Shown here: positions 1-10,637 of the stretch, one piece after another
Numbering within the stretch: position 1 is the first letter of the stretch
Layout of the letters: the number at the start of each line of letters is the position of its first letter
Assembly (NCBI RefSeq): GCF_041146345.1
Contig: NW_027191406.1
Coordinates: 1,364,001 to 1,428,000 of the forward strand
Length of the DNA stretch: 64,000 nucleotides
Source of the DNA: Neodothiora populina
Lineage: Eukaryota
Direction of reading: 5' to 3'
Translations under genes and position numbers: made by a program
Notes under the pieces: generated by a model
Told to the model about the DNA's origin: nothing
What the model saw: the letters and a program-made list of their open reading frames with translations, nothing else
The model's database searches: none

Positions 1-2079
1 GGGCATTTCTTCCTGTCGACTTGACTCCACCACCTCTTTGTTCTCTTTCTTATTATGTTCCTACTGATCTGTAAAGCATGTTGATGGCATTCATGGTCAT
101 GGCTCGGGGAGTTCTAGGCGAACCAATCTTTTCTGGACGATCGACGCGCTGCTTTTGTCCGGGCAGGCAGAGCGCGTAAAAATGTGTTTGTTTACTGTAG
201 TGGGGCGTCTTCTTTCAAAAATTTCCACTTTGCTAGATATGGGAAGTTCATCTTCAATGTAGAGCTGTTGTATACCAGGCAACAATGAGAGAAAAATACT
301 ACATCAAAACGCTCTGGCACTTTTTCTACTTTTCCTTGTGATGTTGTAACTTGCCTACCTACATTCTTGTTGCCAGTTAGGCAAGAATAGGGTGACCATC
401 ATAACAGAGACGAGACAGAATGCAATGCACGCCTTGTCGGATGCTGTACCACTTGAAGCCATTCTCGATGACACTGCCTGCAGATCAAACAATCTTGGGA
501 TAAGATTGAGTGAGACATGAAGTTATGCTCGTGCAGCGACACAAAAAATGCAGCAATAACAAAAGCAAGAATTCTGTCGCACTCTTTCATATTATTCCCG
601 TCAAGTGTATCACCTGTTCTTATCTTTGCGGCCGGACGCCTGGCTTTAAGATTGGTGGCATGGAGATCGTATCAAGGACTCCCCAAGCCACGAACCCACC
701 GTCTTAGAGTCCAAGCACATCTCGAACCGCTGAGGGCCCGGCGTAGCGTGTGATATGGAGATCCTCTCACGAACCAACCGAGGAACTGAACTTGCCCCAG
801 ATCTAGTCATTGGCTCTTCACTTTGGCACCTACCATCCCATAGGTATACAACAAGCGACGATATATTATTGCGGGCTGAGGACCATGTCTCAGAATGGGG
901 GAGTCCACTCTCCTCGCGAGGCGACTCTCGCTACCATGACCGCTTTAGTCCGACTTTTCCACCGGCCGATCAGTCCAGCCACTTCTGGTTACCATTATCG
1001 TTGCAGGTTGAGATCTATCAAGTGGAGCTAAACTTTCGATCCGACCGCATAGATCAGAATTGCTGCTTCTTGTCACGGGCACGTTTTCGGCTGCAGCCCC
1101 TCATCGAAGTGGAACAGCCTCTATATTAGCCACGAGGGACTCAGTCCGGCTCTGCAATGTGGAGACAAGCCATCCGCCGTGGGTAAGCGGTCAGAATTGC
1201 TTGAGGGGCTTGTTTCCTTGACGTTACACAGCGATGCAGCTTAGTCGAAAGGTCAAGATGGCAATTGAAAGAGCTTGCTGTCGAGCCATGCCATTGGCGC
1301 ATTGAACTGGACCTCTAGTTGAGCATACTATTTTCTTGAAGACTTGTAGCAATGAGTTCGAGTTCACAAAGCCTTGTCGATAGACCCGACACTTTGTGCG
1401 ACTTGTTTAGTTGTCGATCGACCTTGCATGGGAGCGCCAACCGAATTGCGCCTTGCTCTTGTCGGTGCCTCCGCAACCCGCTCACTCTGAACACTTCACC
1501 CACTCCGGTGGAGGCTCTAACAATCCAACGAACCGCGACCTTTTCAATATCAGCGCAACTGCCTATTCCTCCTTAGATCCTTCACGGAGCGCGGTTGATG
1601 TCGAGCTTATGTATGCAACCTATAGCGCCAAAGCTTCAACGGTTTTGGTCAAGGGTCGACATTCACGTCCGGTCGCTGCCCCGTCGCTGACGTCTTGTGT
1701 GTGAAGTGCCTCGTGGTGGAACGTTGCACACCTCTGCTTTAGTACGACACGCCGAGTCGCCATGTCGAGCACATGGTTCCGGCACAACGCAGATATCGTA
1801 CATCACCTTGCTTTGGCGTTTCCACTTTGCATAGAGACCAACCCCTCTTTTTGGATCTGCGGATCGGTGCAGAGCAGTCACGCCTGCGCTCAATCGCTCC
1901 AGATCATATATGAAAAGATGTTCTATTTCACTTTACTTGTACCCCAAATAGCGCGCAATTTCCGGGCCGTAGTGGCCTAGGCTTACCTTATCGAATGGGC
2001 CACCAGTTCGTCCCCACTTCTTATTGGATACGATAGCTTACCTCTGTCTATCTATCAAAACACGAGGGAGCCAAGTTCT

Positions 2080-2102
2080 CACACACACACACACACACAC
2101 AC
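2080..2102. repeat. (CA)n microsatellite
   Basis: cacacaca... run of about 11 units read directly. Confidence 0.9.
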
Positions 2103-2543
2103 ATATCGATTGGTAACTATTGGCGAGATATCATTGTAACCACTTAGGTTTGCCTGGTTTCGGTGGCGTGCAGGCGCACCGAATTCCTGGGCGCCCTCTC
2201 GCGGGTCAGACTGCCGCGTTTCCTTGGTGCTTGCGACTTCGCATGACCAGGGTTGTGTGACAGCTGCGGGCGCATTGCCAATGGTCCACGATCCAACTAG
2301 AAACCTACATGGCTGCAGGCTCGCCGCATGCTGCAACATATCAGAGGTAGGGATCCAGCTTCGGTCGATCCAATGTTTATCATCCACCGCTGTTCCATTT
2401 GAAGTCTTACCTCGATTTCTTTATTGTTGTCTGCCTTGCCGAAGAAAGTATTGTCTTATCATCCCGCGACTGTATTACTACTCGAAAGATTCCATGAAAA
2501 TAATGTCTTTGTTGCCCATCCGACATATTCCACTCTAGCACAC

Positions 2544-5498
2544 ATGGGAACTCGAACTTTTGCTCAAGTTCCACCCACTGCGGCGACGATTGCTCTCAAT
2601 GCTTACATATATGGATATGCTGGCCACTCTCTGGTCACACCCCATGCTGCTCTCAAGCAACTATGGTGGACAGACGACCGGATCGAGAGGAAAGTCACCC
2701 GGGGGTTTGTAGTATCAAAGATCAGAGGCGAAGAGCGAGACTTTTTGAACAAACCACTTGGGTTTGGCGAGGGACTGACAGACGATACGTACATGGACTG
2801 GATCTTGCAACGAGCACGACGCCTGTTTTTGATACTGGCCGAGCTTGGCAAGCCAGAGCAGATCTTCGGCCTGATCGACGACTCCCTGGACGACGACGAC
2901 TTGCCATTCACTTTAGAGAGCATCAGACAACTAGAACTGTCCATCGAACCAGACGATCGACTAAACAAGCAATGTTACGACACGCAATTTCTTTTTTTGC
3001 TACGGCAGCTGAAACAAGGCTCACATATTGACTATGGACCGAATGAGCATATTCCTATGGAGCATGTGCACAAGGTCCCTCCGGCAGTACCGCTACAAGC
3101 GTGGGACAGGATACACTTTCCGCGAGATCCAGAAAGATTTTTCCTCAGGCGCAAATACGTGTTCGGCCAGGACAACTCGAAAGAAACGTCGCGATCAGAC
3201 TACTTGGCGGATATTGAAAAGGCCAAGTACTTGAAGCATGAGCATATATGTCCGGTGTATGCATCTTATACCGCTGGCGACTCTGGTTATGTGCTCTCAG
3301 ACTTTGTTCCAGAACACACTCTGGGTTCGTTCATCGCGCAACGGCTTCCATATCAGTTTATGCGCGTGACAGAAGCAGATCGTCCAGTGCTGGTGTTGGA
3401 ATGGTTGCACTGTCTGTCTGATGCTATCGCTTCGTTGCATCACAGAGGGACATATCACGGTGCGATCCGTCCCAACAACATTATTATTGACCATGATAAT
3501 CGGATCGCCTTTTCCGACATCGGAAGCTTGCGAACATTTCAAAAAGGTAAAAAGATAGACAAAAAAGAGATTCTTGAGTATGCGCCTCCAGAGGTGTATA
3601 CTGCACTCACAGCACCGCCCCTGGTCCAGGCTAGATTGGGTGCGGTAGGGGGTAGACGAAGATCAAGCGGAGACGACAGCAGTACGAGCAGCGGCTCCTC
3701 TCGCACAAACTCCATATTTAGTTTGAGCACGATCACAAGTCCTGTCTCGAGTCCACTCGGCAGTCAGACATCCTACAATGCACCCGGCACGCCAAAATCG
3801 CCGCGCGGATTTCGCAATTTCAGCAGGCACCTAAGCCAGCAATCCACAATCTCCGAATGCGGGCCGCTGTCAGAGCCCATTAATGCGACACCGGCTTTGC
3901 CTCCAGAGGGATCTTCACCTGGGCGTGTGACGTCGTTGGCATCGATCATTGCGACGGCGACGTCGAATATCACAACGATAACCCCTTCATTACCTCCACC
4001 GACGCCTGCTGAGATGTCTCCGAAGTCACCAGACAGCAGGTGTGGTAGTCTTTGGGGAGCAGGGCAAGGGGCAGGACAAGGAAGGATCAGCGATCCCTCA
4101 TCGGGAGTATCGACACCTACAAGATCGACCTTTTCCCCGGCTCTTTTGACTTCACTCCCTACATCGCCGACGTTTGGCTCAACGAAGCCGGTCCGCTCCT
4201 CATCCTCGCCCGCAACGACGACTATCTTCCCATTCCATAGATCGGCCCATATCAAGAACAATACTCCCACCCTTCACAAAGCACCATCCACCTCGACTCT
4301 TCCCTCGCTGACGACTTCTCTGTCTCACTCGTCTGCGAACCAGCTCCACCTCATGCGGACATCGACGTTTTCGCTTCCCGCCACCATCCTGGCAGACACG
4401 ACGACAGCCGCCCTCCCGAATCCCGAAGCGGCAGACATCTTCGCGCTGGGATGTATATACCTCGACGTTCTCACCTGGCTAGTCAAGGGGCGTTTGAACG
4501 AATTCGTCAAGTATCGCGCCTCACCTCCGGCACCAGGTCTACTTTCTTCGTCTGCGGCGTCCACGGCGGCCAGTATGAGGAGCGTCAGATCCGCAAGATC
4601 AGTTTTCTCGTATCGGAGTTCGCCTCGGGGCGTCGGCATGGGCATAGGCATGGGCATAGGGAGTGCAGTGGGCTCATCCTCGAACAGTTCCTCGGGCAGC
4701 TCCGACGGGTTCGGCATTGGCGCGTCCTCAGCAAGCAGCACAGGATGCTCATCAGCAGTAGGGACAAACGGGCCAAAGACCGACACCGCGTACGCCGCTC
4801 AGCTAGCGCACGGCAAACTCGAGCTGTGGATCTCCGAGCTACGAGACGAGAGCCTGAAGCGGCTAGAAGACCCCAAGACGTCTTCAACATCTGCATCTCA
4901 ATCCAGACCTAAATCCTCGCGCGGCGCTTCTTCGTCGTCGTCAAAAAGACCCAAAAAGTCCTCGTCCCCAGAAAGCGATCCAGCCCCAGAGCCCCGCGAA
5001 GAAGGCGCAAGACTCGACAACAACCAGACCGCAATCTGGGTGAACGGCGTGCCCGAGCTTTTGAAGCTAGTCAAAGACATGCTGAGCCAGGAGCCTGAAG
5101 ATCGGCCCTCGGCGCGCCAAGTCAGGGATCGCGTCGAGGAGGTGCTGGGCAAGGGGTGCGGCATGAGGTTCTTGTGCTGCAGGGGCAGGGAGTGGGATTT
5201 CGCTGGTTCTGGTGCCGGGCATGAGACGATGGGAAACGGTGTTGGGGTGAAACCCACAACGAGCCACGGAACAACATCTGACCATACAAAGTCCGGCGCG
5301 CAGCAGCATATTCACGAAGTCGACACCGACAAAGGGAACCAAGAAGCCTACGAAGCAGGGACGGAAATAGGAGAGACAGAAGGTCTAGGAATCCACATGC
5401 GCAGCCATCGAATCGACGAAGCCGTCGAGACGTTCAGGTCCGGCGGGGTTCCCGTTCGCAGACGGATTGTCAATCTGCCTTGGAGGAAGAAGGGGTGA
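2544..5498 (+). CDS. Protein kinase-like (pseudokinase) protein with long Ser/Pro/Thr-rich insertions
   Basis: Uninterrupted ORF; first in-frame ATG at 2544 (the track start 2424 is TTG). Kinase subdomain remnants: LKHEHICPVY, HGAIRPNNI, SDIG, YAPPE, ADIFALGCIYL, MLSQEPEDRPSA. Confidence 0.8.
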   Translation: MGTRTFAQVPPTAATIALNAYIYGYAGHSLVTPHAALKQLWWTDDRIERKVTRGFVVSKIRGEERDFLNKPLGFGEGLTDDTYMDWILQRARRLFLILAELGKPEQIFGLIDDSLDDDDLPFTLESIRQLELSIEPDDRLNKQCYDTQFLFLLRQLKQGSHIDYGPNEHIPMEHVHKVPPAVPLQAWDRIHFPRDPERFFLRRKYVFGQDNSKETSRSDYLADIEKAKYLKHEHICPVYASYTAGDSGYVLSDFVPEHTLGSFIAQRLPYQFMRVTEADRPVLVLEWLHCLSDAIASLHHRGTYHGAIRPNNIIIDHDNRIAFSDIGSLRTFQKGKKIDKKEILEYAPPEVYTALTAPPLVQARLGAVGGRRRSSGDDSSTSSGSSRTNSIFSLSTITSPVSSPLGSQTSYNAPGTPKSPRGFRNFSRHLSQQSTISECGPLSEPINATPALPPEGSSPGRVTSLASIIATATSNITTITPSLPPPTPAEMSPKSPDSRCGSLWGAGQGAGQGRISDPSSGVSTPTRSTFSPALLTSLPTSPTFGSTKPVRSSSSPATTTIFPFHRSAHIKNNTPTLHKAPSTSTLPSLTTSLSHSSANQLHLMRTSTFSLPATILADTTTAALPNPEAADIFALGCIYLDVLTWLVKGRLNEFVKYRASPPAPGLLSSSAASTAASMRSVRSARSVFSYRSSPRGVGMGIGMGIGSAVGSSSNSSSGSSDGFGIGASSASSTGCSSAVGTNGPKTDTAYAAQLAHGKLELWISELRDESLKRLEDPKTSSTSASQSRPKSSRGASSSSSKRPKKSSSPESDPAPEPREEGARLDNNQTAIWVNGVPELLKLVKDMLSQEPEDRPSARQVRDRVEEVLGKGCGMRFLCCRGREWDFAGSGAGHETMGNGVGVKPTTSHGTTSDHTKSGAQQHIHEVDTDKGNQEAYEAGTEIGETEGLGIHMRSHRIDEAVETFRSGGVPVRRRIVNLPWRKKG

Positions 5499-5521
5499 AT
5501 GAATGAATGAATGAATGAATG
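5496..5521. repeat. (TGAA)n microsatellite starting at the stop codon
   Basis: tgaatgaatgaatgaatgaatgaatg. Confidence 0.85.
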
Positions 5522-6222
5522 CATCTTTTCTGGTTCGTGAGTGATGTATCCGATGTACTTGACGGGGCTTGGACTTGTGAGATGAGAGATGAGTGATGCT
5601 AGATATGTCTGCTGCTGTACGTGTCTACAGTTCATGGATTGATCCCCCTCAAACCCCCTGATTTCTTCTGGATTTAATGTTGTCACTCTTCTATCCTGCG
5701 CGGCTCCAGGCCGACCGATGAGACTGAAATCCGAGAAGGTGCACACGGAGTGCAGCTATAAAGAGTGGGCGCATGACATGTATTATACAGAATAAGGCAA
5801 GGTACCCAATCAAGGTCCGCAGGGTCTGTGTCTCGTCTGTTCTTGCCTTGCGTCGCTCGACTGTCCGTCCGGTCATCTGGGTGCAAGGCTTGGCGCTGCT
5901 TGAAAATAAGTCATGTTCAACATGCCGTATCTTGCGCTGTGCCCATTCGAGTCTCTCGCACCACCCCGGCGGTGCAAGTATAGAAGGCAACAAGGGCGAG
6001 AACTCTGGTGGGCGGCGCCCGAGTGAGTGCATCTATACAAGTTGGGTGCAGTGCCGGCTTGGCTCTTCGGGTCTTTCTGTTTTTCGTGAATCGTTACTTG
6101 ACGACTTTGGGGTTTGCGCATGGACGTTTTCTTGTGTCGCGGGCGACGATGGTGATGATGTTGTTTTTGTTGGTAGTGGTCTTCGTTCGAGATTGGCCGA
6201 GAGAATGGAAATGGCGGACGGC

Positions 6223-6864
6223 TCAATCATCGTCGTCGTGGATGACGATTCCGATCTCTTCTGGGTTGTGGACTTCGGAAGAACCAGCAGCAGCAGCTGT
6301 AGCACGTCGACCATTCGTTCTACTATTTTCATTCGGCTTGAACTTCTGCACTTTCGTCTTATGCGGAGCAGCCTTGTCCACCGAATCATCACCAGAGCCC
6401 CCACTACCACCAGCACCACCACCCTCCTTCTTCCTCAAGGCCCTCAACCTAGCCTTCTCGCGCTTAGCTCTATTCTTCGCAGTCTTCTCATCGTCTTTCG
6501 ACCTCCACTCCTCCTTCTTCGCCATAAACTCCTTGTCCTGCTCCTCTTTCTCTTTCTCTTCATCCATCGCTCTCAACCGCTCGTACTCCCGTCGCCGACT
6601 CGCCTTGTACACGTGGAACTCGCCACTGCCCGCGCCGGCAGACGAGCCCTGCACATTGGACACGATCTCGGGCACTGCGGATGCTGGGGCCGCGGTGGAA
6701 AGTGCTGATGACGAGGGCAGCAGGATGGGCTTGTTGGGGTTCGCGAACAGCGAGTCGAGGTGCGCCGCTTGTTTGCTTGTCGGACCGAGGGCGCGGCGTT
6801 TCGTGGGGCGGCGCGAGCGTGGGTCTTGGGATGTTGGGATTGATTCGGGGATGTTTTCTGACAT
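6223..6864 (-). CDS. PRKR-interacting protein 1 (DUF1168) homolog, spliceosome-associated
   Basis: Signature PEIVSNVQGSSAGAGSGEFHVYKASRRREYER followed by a charged coiled coil (KTAKNRAKR). Confidence 0.9.
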   Translation of the reverse strand: MSENIPESIPTSQDPRSRRPTKRRALGPTSKQAAHLDSLFANPNKPILLPSSSALSTAAPASAVPEIVSNVQGSSAGAGSGEFHVYKASRRREYERLRAMDEEKEKEEQDKEFMAKKEEWRSKDDEKTAKNRAKREKARLRALRKKEGGGAGGSGGSGDDSVDKAAPHKTKVQKFKPNENSRTNGRRATAAAAGSSEVHNPEEIGIVIHDDDD

Positions 6865-7340
6865 GATTCTTTGGGTTTGTTGTGTCTGGCGCTGGTGGTG
6901 CTGGGTGCTCGTGTTGGTGTCGGTGTTGGTGCTGGAGATGCGGCGGGCGGAGCAAGTGTGAGCTCTGTGTCTGTACGCGCGCGCGCTCGTGGTTGCTGGG
7001 GGGAAACAGTGACGAGTCGAGGGGGTTTATCAGAGGACAGAGAGAGCGGGGTTGACAGGTGTGTGTCTAGAGTGATGGCGGGCAGTCAATAGATCAATAG
7101 ATAAATAAATGTGAATATGGTATAGAACTATCAAAGGTATAATCATAAAGTCAAGGGCGACGTGTGCATAAACGACACAGCTCCAGTTATGCAATGAACC
7201 GCGACCAATAGGATAAAGTGACTTGGCGCTGACTCCATCAAATCGAATCAACCTTTCTGCGTGATTCCGTTGATTCCGCGCTTGGTGCCCCCTCCGATGT
7301 TCTGCGTCATCCGACTCGATTCTGCCAGCCCCAGCCTGAG

Positions 7341-7390
7341 GTCAGCTAGAGACAGCTAAAGACAGCTAAAGACAGCTAGAGTCAGCCAAA
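7341..7390. repeat. 10-bp tandem repeat, 5 copies (G[TA]CAGC[TC]A[GA]A)
   Basis: gtcagctaga gacagctaaa gacagctaaa gacagctaga gtcagccaaa. Confidence 0.85.
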
Positions 7391-7732
7391 GTCAAGGGAT
7401 TACGGAGGAAAGACAGAGGGAGAACAGGGGGAGACGGCGGGCCTGATCCCGAGATGGTTTCGCCCGCTTTATCATCAGAAGATCAGTAGCTTCGGCTTCC
7501 GGGTTGTTGTCGCTGTACCTTTTTTGGCCGTAAACAATTGTGTCAATTATAATAGAACGTTATTCGCCTCTCGGATGTACACTTTTCGTTGTAATCATCC
7601 CATACAGTGACACATGCCGACATTACTGAATATATATACACGCCCAGAAACACATCCATCCACTTTGGGCTCGCTTCGCACCTCGATAGCATCCGTTTGG
7701 ATTTCCGTTGGTGTCAGTACATCACATCCAAG

Positions 7733-9634
7733 ATGGGGAAACCTCGAGTATGTCTCTGTATGAGAGTGGTGATAAACCCCCCTGTGGCTGACTTGAGATA
7801 GATGATTATCCTGATCCGGCATGCCCAGAGCGAGGGCAATAAGAACAGAGACATCCACCAGATGATTCCCGACCACAGAGTCAAACTCACAGATGAAGGC
7901 AAGAGACAGGCGGAAGAGGCAGGCCACAGACTACGGAGCATGTTGAAACCCGACGACAACATCCAGTTCTTCACATCTCCCTACCGACGAGCACGCGAGA
8001 CGACAGAAGGCATCTTGTCTACACTGACCGCCTCGGACCCGGAATATGGCCCTTCGCCATTTCCTCGCCACACCATCAAGGTCTTCGAGGAGCCGCGCCT
8101 ACGAGAGCAGGACTTTGGTAACTTCCAGCCCTGCTCCGCCGAAATGGAGAGGATGTGGCAGGAACGAGCCGATTACGGCCATTTCTTCTATCGCATCCCG
8201 GACGGAGAGAGCGCCGCAGATGCATACGACCGAGTCAGCGGATTCAACGAGAGCCTATGGCGGAACTTCAACGAGCCTGACTTCCCCAGTGTCTGTGTCT
8301 TGGTGACGCACGGCCTCATGACGAGGGTTTTCCTGATGAAATGGTACCACTGGTCCGTCGAGTACTTTGAGGACCTCCGAAACGTCAATCACTGCGAGTT
8401 CATCATCATGCGCCAACGAGAAGACAACGGGAAATACCTGCTGGAAAACAAACTACGGACGTGGTCGGAACTAAGACGGAAAGCCGCCGCCGCCTCCTCC
8501 TCCTCCTCCTCCTCCTCCTCCGCCGCCGCCGCAGCTGCATCCAATCCCACCACAAACGCCAACGCCTCCCCTGCCTTGTCGACGTCCAAAGCAGCCGCAA
8601 CCGCAGCGCAGTCTCCAGCCATCCCGCCGCTGCGGAAATGGGGAGGATGTCAAGGAGGGTGCCATCACAAGAACGCTCTCTATCCGCGCCGGAGACAGAA
8701 CACTCAACAGCAGATGCAAGACGTCTCTCTTCCGCCACCGCTGTCGGAAAAGGAGGTTAATCGGGTCGTCGTGACAAACAGTCCAGCCATAGACCCGCAA
8801 CGGGCAGTCCCTAAACATCACCAACAACCGCAATCCGAACCTTTGCATGACCATCACGACCACGACCACGACCCTGACCACGATCATGACCATGACCACA
8901 ATGACAACCCTGCCCACACCCACACTCACTCGAACTCTCTCCAACCGCACCGCCTGCCAATCCACTCGAGGTTGTTCTCCGAATACGGCCGCGACGCCGG
9001 CGGCTCGCTATCAGGAGCAGCGACACCGGCAGAAGGCTTCTCGGACATCGAGTCCGACGCCGGCAGCGCATCATACTTCGCCCACTCACACTCAGCAAGC
9101 GGCGCCTCGGATCTCGACATGGATCGCGCCAAAGGCCTAGGTCTACGAGAAAGCACCAACCCCTCGGGCTTCGACGGCACGCAAAACGCCCCCGAAGCCA
9201 GCGGTAGAGGCAGCAGATCAGGGATTGCGGTGAGGAGAGGTGATCCCGCAGTGGCAGCACAGACGAAAGCCGACCTCTCGACGAAACGGCCGGGGATCGT
9301 GCAGCGCAAGAAACACACTCAGGACAAACTGGACGAATGGGTGCGTCAGAGCGGCATGGGCGCCGGCACACGCGCCGACGCGCTGGGCGACCGCGAGGAA
9401 TCACCTCCTAGCGATGAAAATGTCGAGCATCACCATCACCATCACCATCAGCATCAGCATCAGCATCAGCATCAGCACCAAGACGATGCACAGCTACCTG
9501 CAGAAGAAAAGAAGAGGGACGAAGACGAAGTCTCATTAATCGGAGACGGAGACGACGACGACGAGGGCAGAGACCCGAGAGAAGTCGAGCTCGAGATGGA
9601 ACTCGACAGGAGTGTACGGGGGAGCGTGTATTGA
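7733..9634 (+). CDS. Histidine phosphatase / phosphoglycerate mutase family protein (Det1-like); exons 7733-7747 and 7802-9634
   Basis: ATG GGG AAA CCT CGA|gtatgt...gctgac...tag gives MGKPR-MIILIRHAQSEGN. Motifs RHA, SPYRRARET, LREQDFG, GES, LVTHG. Disordered His-rich tail. Confidence 0.88.
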
Positions 9635-9965
9635 TCTCTTTCCTTTTCTCTACTCTTCTCCATCTCCTTCCGTCGCTCGGGCCCCTCTCTCCAAACTTTT
9701 AGTCGAAGAGGAGGAAAGGCTGTAGAGGCTAGATAGAGAGGAGTACAAAAAGGGGCGAAGTTTTTGTTTCGGCGACAGCGTCGCGATAGATATGATAAGA
9801 TTCAACGAATACGTTTAGAAGGGCGTTTATCATCTCACTTGGTCGCTTTATCATGCCTGTTTCTCGATCCGCGCTCTCTATCTCGGTGTCTAGTCAAACG
9901 TTCGCTCGTTGACCTCGCTATTCCCTTATACTCCCCATCCCTTATCCCCCCACGGCTCCCTTCGA

Positions 9966-10000
<35 letters not shown>
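9966..10000. repeat. (GAT)n microsatellite in the convergent spacer; (AAGGT)4 near 10246 and (CTCTTG)n near 10290 lie nearby
   Basis: Read directly. Confidence 0.85.
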
Positions 10001-10001
<1 letters not shown>

Positions 10002-10637
10002 CAGTCCGAAATCTTTCGAGGGGATTTACCGACCTTCGACTCCAAGGCGACTTCACTGCGTCTTCTTGGATCTGCAGTTCTTGCGCCTCTTGCGCCTCTT
10101 GCATCTCTTGACACCTTTTCGCTTTTTGCGCTTCTTATACCTCTGACGCCTGTGATACCTCTGACACTTCTTACACCTCTGACGATGATGGAGTGAATGA
10201 TGAGGTGCACGAATTCCTGGTATTGACCTTGTTTCGGGAATTGCTAAGGTAAGGTAAGGTAAGGTATTCCTTCGCTGGGCGTCGGTACTGCTCTTGCTCT
10301 TGCTCTTGCTCTTGTTCTTGCTCTTGTGTCCATCCACTGCTGCGCGAGCGCATTTGTTTGCTGGTCTTGAACTGGTCTCGTCTACTGGTCCTTTCGAACC
10401 GGTCTTTCGCACAGGTCTTCTTGGTCACGAGCTCCAAAACAAGAGTGGAGAGCCAGAACGGGAGAGAAAAAGGAACAAAGGCAGCGAGCGTCGTGGAACA
10501 TGGATCTTTTCCATTTTCGAAATCTTTTAAGCTGATTTCGAGCTATATACACAGTTCTAAAATGAATCTCACAAGAAAAAAACTCTTTTTATGACAAGAC
10601 AGAAAGGGCGAGAAAAAGAGAGAAAGAAACAGAAAAT

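Noticed and set aside
5773..6961. 311-aa and 317-aa + strand ORFs
   Set aside because: Antisense to the DUF1168 gene; low-complexity translation of its charged tract
7341..7390. Repeat array considered as CRISPR-like
   Set aside because: 10-bp units without spacers, eukaryotic context, no cas genes
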